This document shows positions 39,500 through 47,411 of a stretch of DNA of 54,115 bases, piece after piece (position 1 is the first letter of the stretch; each line of letters starts with the position of its first letter). The position numbers and the translations under genes are program-made. The notes beneath the pieces were generated by a model. It saw only the letters and a program-made list of their open reading frames with translations. It ran no database searches and had not been told where the DNA came from. This DNA is from a virus (lineage: Duplodnaviria; Caudoviricetes): positions 1-54,115 of IMG/VR virus record IMGVR_UViG_3300030419_000485. The stretch is one strand, 5' to 3'.

Positions 39500-41198
39500 C
39501 TGTCAAAACCTTTCCGTCATCTCCAATAGCAAAGTCAATCTCCTTAAGCCGACCAGTTCCATGGTCAAACAGAAGACATGTTGCTACTCCAGATCTACCA
39601 GTAAGCCTGTTCTTGAGAACACGAACAGTAGTAGTATTGGCAATAGCCGGATCAGGGTTCTGCCTGTCACGCTCAAGAGCAATGACCGTATTGGGTACAC
39701 TAGCAAGAGAGCCAGAGCCACGCAGATCCTGAAGGGTAATACGATCACCCTCTTCATATGCCTTGACTGTCTTCTTGAGCTGAGAGACAACATCAATTCG
39801 AACACCAGTTCTTGATACCAAGGACCGAAGCTCTTTCATAATGTTATCTATAAGTAACCGTTCCGACGATCCTCCGTCAAAGTCACTGTCTGAACTAAGC
39901 AGACCAGCAGCAGCAGCGGTAATATGATCGAGAACAATAACATCAACACCAAGAGATACAGCCATGAACTCAATACGAGCACACAGATTTTGAAGACCTG
40001 AATTACCAAGGTGATCATAGATGTACAAGGAGTTTGCTTCCAATTGCTTTCGTGCATAGGCATACTCCTCATCTGTAAGGTCATCAATGATATCAATATC
40101 AATAGGATCCTTACCTAGTTTAACTCTTAACTCATTCATAATCTTCTTTGCTCGAATAGCTCGAACAGGTTTGTTGATCATGAGTGATACCATATCATCC
40201 ACAGTTTCCTGAGGCGATTCCTCAAGCATGATAGCACCAACACTACGACCTTCAATTAGGTGGTGGTGAATGATCTCACGCAGGATAGTAGACTTGCCAC
40301 TCCCAGTGCCGCTAGCCCAAAGAGTAATCTCGCCACTACGCTGGCCAAGAAGGAACTCAGATAGGTTGTCAAAGGGAAAGGGATAGACTCTAGGGTCAAC
40401 CATTCCCTCGTTAATAACCTGAGACACATGGACAATCTCATCTGGTGAGTATTGCTGTGCTTCCCACATGGCATTGATAACAGCCTTACCTTGATTATTC
40501 ATCAAACAATCGTTGGCATCCTTGTAAGGAAGCTTAGCAACCTTACATTTACCGGGCGGTAACAGATCAGCGACAGCCTTGACTGCCTCCTGTCCTGCCT
40601 CATCTTGATCGAACATCAAGATAACTTCCTTGTAGCTACATACAAACTCAAGGTTGTCCTTGATAGCACGAGCGGCACCAGCGGCACCATTAGGAAGAGA
40701 AACAACAGGGTACTTGTTACCATTGAGTTGGCTTACTGTCATACAATCAATTTCACCTTCAGTAATAACAATCATCCGGCCACCGTTCTTCTTGAACAGG
40801 TGCTGTCCCCACAAGGGAACACCAGATGTTTCGCCTCGCCATTGGAAAGTCTTGTTAGGACCGCGTAGCTTCTGTGCAATCTTAACACCGTCCCTATAGA
40901 ACGAAGCAATCTCTACACGCTTACCATCTTTCTCGATAGTCTCATAGTCGTACTTGCGTACAGTTTCATCAGTAATCTTTCGACCACCAATGGCCTGAAG
41001 TTTACCACTAAGGAACTTCAGGCCATTGGTAGCGGGGGGTTGTTCAGACATCACTTTAGATGTACCTCCACTTTCATAATATCTACAAGAGTAACAGAAC
41101 TTATGACCATCATCATAGATTGCTAAGTTGTCACCCTTCGTATCTTCACCCTTCGCAGCACAGGCTGGACACCTGTCCCGTTCAATAACTTTAGACAT
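39480..41198 (-). CDS. Primase-helicase (T7 gp4-like)
   Basis: CPAC/CYSC zinc finger; TOPRIM ITEGEIDC and FDQDEAG; Walker A SGTGSGKST; VLDHI, LRGSGS and LKNRLTG motifs. Confidence 0.96.
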   Translation of the reverse strand: MSKVIERDRCPACAAKGEDTKGDNLAIYDDGHKFCYSCRYYESGGTSKVMSEQPPATNGLKFLSGKLQAIGGRKITDETVRKYDYETIEKDGKRVEIASFYRDGVKIAQKLRGPNKTFQWRGETSGVPLWGQHLFKKNGGRMIVITEGEIDCMTVSQLNGNKYPVVSLPNGAAGAARAIKDNLEFVCSYKEVILMFDQDEAGQEAVKAVADLLPPGKCKVAKLPYKDANDCLMNNQGKAVINAMWEAQQYSPDEIVHVSQVINEGMVDPRVYPFPFDNLSEFLLGQRSGEITLWASGTGSGKSTILREIIHHHLIEGRSVGAIMLEESPQETVDDMVSLMINKPVRAIRAKKIMNELRVKLGKDPIDIDIIDDLTDEEYAYARKQLEANSLYIYDHLGNSGLQNLCARIEFMAVSLGVDVIVLDHITAAAAGLLSSDSDFDGGSSERLLIDNIMKELRSLVSRTGVRIDVVSQLKKTVKAYEEGDRITLQDLRGSGSLASVPNTVIALERDRQNPDPAIANTTTVRVLKNRLTGRSGVATCLLFDHGTGRLKEIDFAIGDDGKVLTDAETSI

Positions 41199-41206
41199 TC
41201 AAATCC

Positions 41207-41350
41207 TCACTTCATTTTACATTCACACTTTGTCCACGGCATCTTGCAGTAGAGCCAAGTCATCAAAGGACGGCCCATCCATGCACCAGCAGAGAACATC
41301 ATCACAGAATAAAAGATAGTACCAAGCGTGCTATTAATCCATTCCATCAT
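41207..41350 (-). CDS. 47-aa membrane peptide
   Basis: Manual translation MMEWINSTLGTIFYSVMMFSAGAWMGRPLMTWLYCKMPWTKCECKMK; ATGA overlap with the upstream gene; fills the gap to the primase gene. Confidence 0.65.
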   Translation of the reverse strand: MMEWINSTLGTIFYSVMMFSAGAWMGRPLMTWLYCKMPWTKCECKMK

Positions 41351-41736
41351 AGTTTCATCTCCTTAAATTTAATCTCGTCATCGTTGACGATTTTCCAAAC
41401 AATTTTTCCTGTCCATGCTAGACTGATCGCACCAGTGCAGATAGCAACAGGCAGGAAGAACCAGCCACCATACAAGGCAAGTGCCCAGTTAATGGCTATA
41501 AAAATTATACCACCAATTAAGGGCCTCCATCCCATCGATCCTCTGGTAATTACCAGCAAGATCATACCAGCAATGAGGCATAGTCCTCCGATCCACCCAA
41601 GCATGGGGGAGCAGGCACTGGACTCTGACACTGCTGTCATTGCCCCCTCTGGTACATTCACATTCGGGATGTAGCTGGTGGTTTTGCATCCCAGTAGTGT
41701 ACACGCTGCCAACGCCAATGTCAATAGTTTAATCAT
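41347..41736 (-). CDS. Predicted lipoprotein with 2-3 TM helices
   Basis: MIKLLTLALAACTLLGC lipobox followed by long hydrophobic segments. Confidence 0.65.
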   Translation of the reverse strand: MIKLLTLALAACTLLGCKTTSYIPNVNVPEGAMTAVSESSACSPMLGWIGGLCLIAGMILLVITRGSMGWRPLIGGIIFIAINWALALYGGWFFLPVAICTGAISLAWTGKIVWKIVNDDEIKFKEMKL

Positions 41737-41911
41737 CTAGATCATCCCCTTTCATGAATCTTGTTAGACGCTCCTCAGTTTTTTCGTCCGCGTCCTCTAA
41801 TTCCATATTTGTTTTTCTTTGATTTCCGGGGTTTGCCTTTCGTTTTTCCCCTAAAGTGAGGGCTTCCTCCCATTCCTTTCTTAGCCATTCTAAGTGCTCC
41901 TGTTCATTCAT
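41729..41911 (-). CDS. Hypothetical charged protein
   Basis: ORF coupled to both neighbours. Confidence 0.55.
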   Translation of the reverse strand: MNEQEHLEWLRKEWEEALTLGEKRKANPGNQRKTNMELEDADEKTEERLTRFMKGDDLDD

Positions 41912-42231
41912 AATATACCTAAACTCCACATTAAGTCTGCTAGTTTATATTGAAGACTGTTTGCTTCGGCCTCCCCATCATCCGATTCGTCTCGTTTAGA
42001 CTCGTGGATCCATTGCTTTACGTGAAGCATCTCATGAATTACAGTAGCAGCTGTATCGCGAATACACATCATGGGGTGGATTGTTATCTCAAAGGTGGTG
42101 TCATTAATATGCTCACACTCACCCCAACAATCACCCATATGTCTACGCTTATAGTTAATGATATAATCGGAATTAATATTGAAACACCCCCGACACCATT
42201 CAATAGTCTTCTCGATTACTTCTTCATTCAT
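41908..42231 (-). CDS. Small zincin-like metallopeptidase (HEXXH)
   Basis: WGEC...TVIHEMLHVKQW...EAEA motif. Confidence 0.65.
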   Translation of the reverse strand: MNEEVIEKTIEWCRGCFNINSDYIINYKRRHMGDCWGECEHINDTTFEITIHPMMCIRDTAATVIHEMLHVKQWIHESKRDESDDGEAEANSLQYKLADLMWSLGIL

Positions 42232-42346
42232 AATCTTCTTCAGCCTCCCACTCATCGATCATATCCTGATCTACAATCATATCAATCTCATCTTCATAAC
42301 AATCATCATACGATGCGTACTCTGTATAGTATTCTTCAGGATTCAT
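42224..42346 (-). CDS. 40-aa extremely acidic peptide
   Basis: MNPEEYYTEYASYDDCYEDEIDMIVDQDMIDEWEAEEDYE: 18 D/E, no K/R. Confidence 0.5.
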   Translation of the reverse strand: MNPEEYYTEYASYDDCYEDEIDMIVDQDMIDEWEAEEDYE

Positions 42347-42430
42347 TAGCAGTACCAAGTCCTTGTAATTTGCAATATGATTATTGCTTGTGTCCACCAA
42401 AATGTTCTGTCTTTCATATTCATTCCTTAA

Positions 42431-42503
42431 TAGGCTGGGTTGGATTCGAACCAACGACTTACTCGTTATGAGCGAGGTGCTCTAACCACTGAGCTACCAG
42501 CCC
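42431..42503 (-). tRNA. tRNA with CAT anticodon (probably Ile2/lysidine type; elongator Met not excluded)
   Basis: GGGCTGGTAGCTCAGTGGTTAGAGCA..CTCATAA..GTTCGAATCC cloverleaf; no encoded CCA. Confidence 0.9.
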
Positions 42504-42508
42504 AGCAA

Positions 42509-42582
42509 TAGCTCCGGTGGGACTCGAACCCACACTGGATGGATTTTAAGTCCACTGCCTCTGCCAATTGGGCTACGGAGCC
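42509..42582 (-). tRNA. tRNA-Leu(TAA), short variable arm
   Basis: GGCTCCGTAGCCCAATTGGCAGAGGCAGTGGACTTAAAATCCAT..GGTTCGAGTCC cloverleaf. Confidence 0.9.
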
Positions 42583-42585
42583 TAA

Positions 42586-42659
42586 CACTCCCGGCACGAC
42601 TCGAACGTGCGACCTACGGTTTAGAAGACCGTTGCTCTATCCATCTGAGCTACGGGAGC
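42586..42659 (-). tRNA. tRNA-Arg(TCT)
   Basis: GCTCCCGTAGCTCAGATGGATAGAGCAACGGTCTTCTAAACCGT..GTTCGAGTC cloverleaf. Confidence 0.92.
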
Positions 42660-43030
42660 TTATCTACTCCAACCGTAAAGTACCCGTCCTCACCCACCTC
42701 TGCCCATTGCTTAGTGGCGTAGACTGATTGAATAATATTATCATCGACCCAAAGTTTCTTGTTCAAAGAATCGAACACAGCCTTGAGAAAGTTATCAATG
42801 TCGGCCTTAGGCATAACCAGTTTAGTAGTCTTAGGCCTACGGATAAACAACTCAACGTCAACCTTGATAGGTTGTTCATAAGGCTGGAAGTCAGGGCCGA
42901 GTACGAACTCAATAACATCAACGCACTCACTCCTAAATATTTTATAAGGGCCAGCGAAGTAAGCCCCGTGTCGTGAGACACGAGGCCTACTTGCTGCGAC
43001 GGGACTGATTGGGAAAACCCACTCAGGCAT
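42650..43030 (-). CDS. rusA: RusA-family Holliday junction resolvase
   Basis: P..ASRPR N-terminus; KADIDNFLKAVFDSL..LWVDDNII catalytic motif. Confidence 0.88.
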   Translation of the reverse strand: MPEWVFPISPVAASRPRVSRHGAYFAGPYKIFRSECVDVIEFVLGPDFQPYEQPIKVDVELFIRRPKTTKLVMPKADIDNFLKAVFDSLNKKLWVDDNIIQSVYATKQWAEVGEDGYFTVGVDKLP

Positions 43031-43557
43031 CAGAAGGGGAGATCATCGTCCTGCCCATCCTCTTCCGAAGATGATTCAGGTGCTTTATAATCTGATCCAT
43101 CGAAACCATCAGTGGCTTCGAAGCCTCCCGTAGCCATGGTCGAGCGGTCATTCTTCTCAATGATTTGAACACCATTAAGATAGAGACTGATGCTGTCATC
43201 ACGGGTAAGCATGGCCGGTGCAAGACGCAACCGAACCTTGTCACCACCAAATGGTACAGCCTCAGTACGCTGAGCCGCAGCGTCACGGCAAGGGAATACA
43301 TCCACACCCTTCTTGACCAGAGTCTTGGACTTGGCCTTCAAGAGCGTGCGGCCCTCATCATCGGTACGCATACCGTTGATCTTCTTGGCACCAGTTTCTT
43401 TGACGATAGAGTCAAGCTTCTTCTGAAGCTCCTTGTCCACAACAATAGTGATGTTGTGGTTGGCAGTGTCCGCACCAAACTTATCGTCAGGCTTGTGAAG
43501 GTGAGCCCAAGCCACATCCACAGTTTCTGTAGTAAAAGGATTAATCTTCGTTGTCAT
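43030..43557 (-). CDS. ssDNA-binding protein (T7 gp2.5-like)
   Basis: WAHLHKPDDKF and SLYLNGVQIIE motifs; acidic tail ending DDDLPF. Confidence 0.88.
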   Translation of the reverse strand: MTTKINPFTTETVDVAWAHLHKPDDKFGADTANHNITIVVDKELQKKLDSIVKETGAKKINGMRTDDEGRTLLKAKSKTLVKKGVDVFPCRDAAAQRTEAVPFGGDKVRLRLAPAMLTRDDSISLYLNGVQIIEKNDRSTMATGGFEATDGFDGSDYKAPESSSEEDGQDDDLPF

Positions 43558-43738
43558 CACTGTTTTCACTCCTATTGGTACTATTGGACAGTTCGTCCAT
43601 CGTACTATTAATTCCATTCACAATTGAGAGCATGGCAACAACTACCTGCTCCATAAAAGTTCTCACATCTTCGACCTTGCAGAACATAGGCTCATCGGCC
43701 TGCGTCTCGTCAGTCTTTGCTTCTGTTTCAGTACTCAA
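43541..43738 (-). CDS. Hypothetical protein
   Basis: ORF coupled to both neighbours. Confidence 0.5.
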   Translation of the reverse strand: MSTETEAKTDETQADEPMFCKVEDVRTFMEQVVVAMLSIVNGINSTMDELSNSTNRSENSDDNED

Positions 43739-44391
43739 TCCATTATCTCCATATAGGGTTTTCCTTCAATTACTACGCCAGCCCCATTGACTGGCTTCTT
43801 CAAGAAGTTACGACCATAATACATTAACTTATGGTTCCTGTCAACTCCATTTGGTACATTAAATCCAAATATTCTATTATGATTAGGACCACAAGTAAAG
43901 TTAATCCCACCAACAGAGTGGACATGTCCAGAAACCACACTGTTACCCATGGCTCTAGCAATGTTAAGTGCTGGTGTGGCACCAGACGATCCAGTTCCAT
44001 GCGTATAGTACACACCATCGATCATAAACTCGTGTCCCCACTCCCAGTGAGGGGTTCCGTACACGGTGTTATAATCTTTAAGGTACATTGAGGGGATACC
44101 GGAGGCAGAAGCTAGTCGATGGACTCGCTCATCATGATTCCCGATACATACCTTTGCATCCCTGAAATATTTTTTCCAATCTTTTAGGGATTCCATAACT
44201 AAACCATACTCTTGTTGAGCAGCCTCAGCTTCGGGATGTTTGTTGTGAAAAGAAATAGCATGGTGATCGATAACATCACCGATAAACACGGTCATGTTTG
44301 TCTTATACTTTTTCTTTAGATCTCTACAGAACTGAAGATAATCCTCTCGCTCTGCGGGCAGGTGTAGGTCACCTATGACTAAGATTCTCAT
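43735..44391 (-). CDS. Calcineurin-like metallophosphoesterase
   Basis: GDLH, GDVID, GNHD, THG and GHVH motifs. Confidence 0.9.
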   Translation of the reverse strand: MRILVIGDLHLPAEREDYLQFCRDLKKKYKTNMTVFIGDVIDHHAISFHNKHPEAEAAQQEYGLVMESLKDWKKYFRDAKVCIGNHDERVHRLASASGIPSMYLKDYNTVYGTPHWEWGHEFMIDGVYYTHGTGSSGATPALNIARAMGNSVVSGHVHSVGGINFTCGPNHNRIFGFNVPNGVDRNHKLMYYGRNFLKKPVNGAGVVIEGKPYMEIMD

Positions 44392-44401
44392 TGTTTATTC
44401 C

Positions 44402-44629
44402 TCAATCATCAGGGATACCAAGTGTAATATCCAAGTTGTTATCTCTTGGCACCCTATTAATTACAAAACTTTGAAACAAATTCTCCATGAATATGTGCAT
44501 CATACCAGCACTAGGGAAAATGATCCCCAGTTTTTTATCACTACCCGGACTAAGGGCTAGCTCTGTTACATACTTAATGTTTCTTTCCAAATCACCCTCA
44601 TTACTGATAACTAAATTTGTCTTTGGCAT
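44402..44629 (-). CDS. Hypothetical protein
   Basis: GGAGG RBS; 75 aa. Confidence 0.55.
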   Translation of the reverse strand: MPKTNLVISNEGDLERNIKYVTELALSPGSDKKLGIIFPSAGMMHIFMENLFQSFVINRVPRDNNLDITLGIPDD

Positions 44630-44638
44630 GGTCCCCTC

Positions 44639-47083
44639 CTATGCAAAGAAGTATTCCGAATTAATAACAGTCTCCAAATCAAAACTACCTTGGGACGGTG
44701 GTTCTGGTAAGTTAACTCCGAGATGTCTTTCGACATCATACTTAAACTGCTCAAGACAATTGTACCTATGCATCCTAAGGAACTCTTCTCTTATTAAATC
44801 CCTCATAACAGGGACAAAGTTAGGATGACAACCATAGGAATCATGTATCATACAGAAGTCTTCGATATCATAACCGATCATTCGGTCGATTGTCAAGAAC
44901 ATATGAGCAGCATCTAAAGAATGAATGTAGTTTGGTGCAATAGCTTGACGTGCTGACCGAGGATCAGGGTCATCTGTCCGTACAAAAAAATTCAATTCTT
45001 TATTATTAAATAATTTTGCTATTGACCTACGGGTCTGTGTCTTGGTATAATAGTGCATCACCCTGAAGCCACTAGGAGTTACCCAAGACAAGTGTTTATT
45101 ATTATTACTAGCAACATCAGACACTTCCTTCAGCCAAGCTTTACCACTATTTGAATGAACCAATGTCTGGTCAAGGGCAGCTTTGATTGCACGAGCAAGC
45201 TCAACAATAGCACCACCTCTATTTTCTTTTGGAACCCAGTCAAGATGTCCTTCAACTCTAATATATTTCTGAATACCATAAAAAGTAAGACCGTATGCCT
45301 CACACATGGTGCTTCTCTTTGTTACGTTGCGGTGTATGCCCTCGTTCCAGTGTTCGGAGAATGCCTTTAGCCAAGAGTTTTCATCAGCCTTGAATAAGCA
45401 GTAGTCTGTTGTCTTATCAGCAACAAACTGATATAGATCTTCCGGCTTATCAGAAGGGGCGACACCAGTTAGGTGTGCAATAGTTTGATCACGCATAATA
45501 GCTGACCAGTGTTGGTTCCCGTTACACTTACCATCTAATTGGACAGGGATATCCGAGCACCCATCTTCCTTCATGACATCAAAGATAGAACTGAGTCGTT
45601 GGAATGACTTATTCTTTTTCTTTGCATCATCAATCCATTCTGTATTCTTATAAGGATCTTCTGATATTCTTTTGAGCATGTCCCAGTTGTCATCTACCCA
45701 CTGAACACGCTCATCAAATGACACTTTGTCCTGATCAAAGAGGTTGGCAAGGTGCACCTTCCTCCAGTACTCACCTTCTTCTGTCAATCTTCGTCTACTA
45801 GCCAAGCGAATAAGACCACGATCAAAATCAGAAGACTGAGGTGATAGTAATTCGCAAACGGTGTATCCACGACCACGGAAATCAAGAGTCCACACATGAT
45901 AAAAGTATTCCCAATCCAGTAAGTCTTCAGCCAGTCGAATCCGAACGAGCATCCGTCCTCGTTTCTGTTCATCTTTATACCATTCCCCCCACGACTCCTC
46001 CTTGAGCTGCATCCATTTGGCCTGTTCTTCTTTAGTCCCATCTATAGGGTAAGGAGCACTGTACATAAACTCCTCGAACGAATAGAAGGGAAGATTGGCC
46101 ATGCCTGTGTTGTTCTCAAACAGGTTTTTCATTACCTCTAAAACCTCGCCGTTGACAGACCACTCTGTTTTCATTACAGCATTAAGGCCACGGAGCACAA
46201 GCTCAGAGGGCTCAGAAAACTTCTGTTGTTTCTTTTCATCACCAAAAAAATTATCTTTGTATCTCTGAACCACTGGCTTGCGTAGGTTGGTGTGGATATA
46301 CCCACCACTCGCTGCCTCGGTGTGATCTATAGGCGGTATAAGCATTGGTCTATAGACTAGCGTAGAGTTTTGAAGTATCTCGTGTCTGTTGTGTAATTCT
46401 TTTAATATCTCAGGATGAAACTCTACAAAGGAATAAGTTCTATAGCTCTTCCGCACCTTAACCTTTTCTTTTCTAATAATAATTATATTAGATGACGCAG
46501 CAATTTCCAACATGTGGTGACCAAAGCTATGCTTCTGTCTTGCACTAAGCTTTATATTCTTCTGCATTTTTTTAGCAAAGGCATTACATCTTTTAATAGT
46601 CCAGTTCTTAATAAACTTAGATTGTTTCTTCCAATCCTGATAATGATCTTCTTTGGCACGCTGGTATGCAATAATATCACAGGCATCACTGGCTATTTGT
46701 GTTGCTATCTTTTGTGCAAGTGGCGGTGTGTGTATGTGATCAGAGTATAAATGTCCCCAGAACGATGGAGTAAACCAGTGACGAACGATAGCTCGTATCG
46801 TAATGTCTGCTAGCTTGCGAGCACCTAGCTCAAGCAAGGGATACAGCCAATCAGGAGAACGGGATGCGCCCTCACATATGGTATCAATCCATTGTTGATA
46901 ACTCTCTTCCAGTTCATGAACAGATGAATCAATAAGACATTGCTCAGGGATACCCTCATCTGGTGCACGATCATAGTCTGACCAGTAGCGGTGTCTACCG
47001 TATTCAAGCATGTCTTGCTCATACCTAAGCTGCCCATTGTGACGGGCTAACTGAACGTCTTCAGTTTCTGCATCCCATATCAT
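44639..47083 (-). CDS. T7-type single-subunit DNA-directed RNA polymerase (814 aa)
   Basis: PMLIPP, DFRGRGY, motif A DGKCNGNQH, DLY, motif B RNVTKRSTMCEAYG, APNYIHSLDA and motif C IHDSY. Confidence 0.97.
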   Translation of the reverse strand: MIWDAETEDVQLARHNGQLRYEQDMLEYGRHRYWSDYDRAPDEGIPEQCLIDSSVHELEESYQQWIDTICEGASRSPDWLYPLLELGARKLADITIRAIVRHWFTPSFWGHLYSDHIHTPPLAQKIATQIASDACDIIAYQRAKEDHYQDWKKQSKFIKNWTIKRCNAFAKKMQKNIKLSARQKHSFGHHMLEIAASSNIIIIRKEKVKVRKSYRTYSFVEFHPEILKELHNRHEILQNSTLVYRPMLIPPIDHTEAASGGYIHTNLRKPVVQRYKDNFFGDEKKQQKFSEPSELVLRGLNAVMKTEWSVNGEVLEVMKNLFENNTGMANLPFYSFEEFMYSAPYPIDGTKEEQAKWMQLKEESWGEWYKDEQKRGRMLVRIRLAEDLLDWEYFYHVWTLDFRGRGYTVCELLSPQSSDFDRGLIRLASRRRLTEEGEYWRKVHLANLFDQDKVSFDERVQWVDDNWDMLKRISEDPYKNTEWIDDAKKKNKSFQRLSSIFDVMKEDGCSDIPVQLDGKCNGNQHWSAIMRDQTIAHLTGVAPSDKPEDLYQFVADKTTDYCLFKADENSWLKAFSEHWNEGIHRNVTKRSTMCEAYGLTFYGIQKYIRVEGHLDWVPKENRGGAIVELARAIKAALDQTLVHSNSGKAWLKEVSDVASNNNKHLSWVTPSGFRVMHYYTKTQTRRSIAKLFNNKELNFFVRTDDPDPRSARQAIAPNYIHSLDAAHMFLTIDRMIGYDIEDFCMIHDSYGCHPNFVPVMRDLIREEFLRMHRYNCLEQFKYDVERHLGVNLPEPPSQGSFDLETVINSEYFFA

Positions 47084-47349
47084 TCGCCAAGTTCCTCCCG
47101 AAGTTTATCGTATTCTTCTTGGGTGATTCTACCAAAGGCAAGCTCATAATTAAGATCATACAATTCTTTTGATACTTTTCTTTCTGATCCCTCAAATTGT
47201 AGATTGTTTGGTGTGTAAGTTTCAGGGATATGATATCTATTGCCACCTCTTGCGACATGGGCTTCTCTCTTGCGCTTTTTTTCCCGCAACTTCTTCCAAT
47301 GCTTATGCGCATTAAAACTTCCACCAACTCTTTGTTCATCTGATTGCAT
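47080..47349 (-). CDS. Hypothetical basic protein
   Basis: AAGGAG RBS; ATGA-coupled to the RNAP gene. Confidence 0.6.
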   Translation of the reverse strand: MQSDEQRVGGSFNAHKHWKKLREKKRKREAHVARGGNRYHIPETYTPNNLQFEGSERKVSKELYDLNYELAFGRITQEEYDKLREELGE

Positions 47350-47375
47350 GCATGCTCTCCTTATAAAATGAACAA

Positions 47376-47400
47376 GCCCACTCCCCCGAAGGGGAGGGAC
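47376..47400 (-). terminator. Intrinsic terminator ending the early region
   Basis: CTCCCC-TTCG-GGGGAG (cUUCGg tetraloop) followed by TTGTTCATTTT on the minus strand. Confidence 0.75.
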
Positions 47401-47411
47401 CGTTCGTTACC

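Noticed and set aside
29108-41674. Numerous plus-strand ORFs (e.g. 29973-30524, 34511-35020, 39399-39815)
   Set aside because: They are antisense shadows of well-supported minus-strand genes, with no RBS or recognisable motifs.
42431-42659. tRNAs as an attP site, implying a prophage
   Set aside because: No integrase, repressor or host genes are present in the window.
6334-47400. T7-like 23-bp phage promoter consensus
   Set aside because: No repeated TAATACGACTCACTATA-like motif was found by eye in the intergenic gaps; a motif search is needed to exclude a divergent one.
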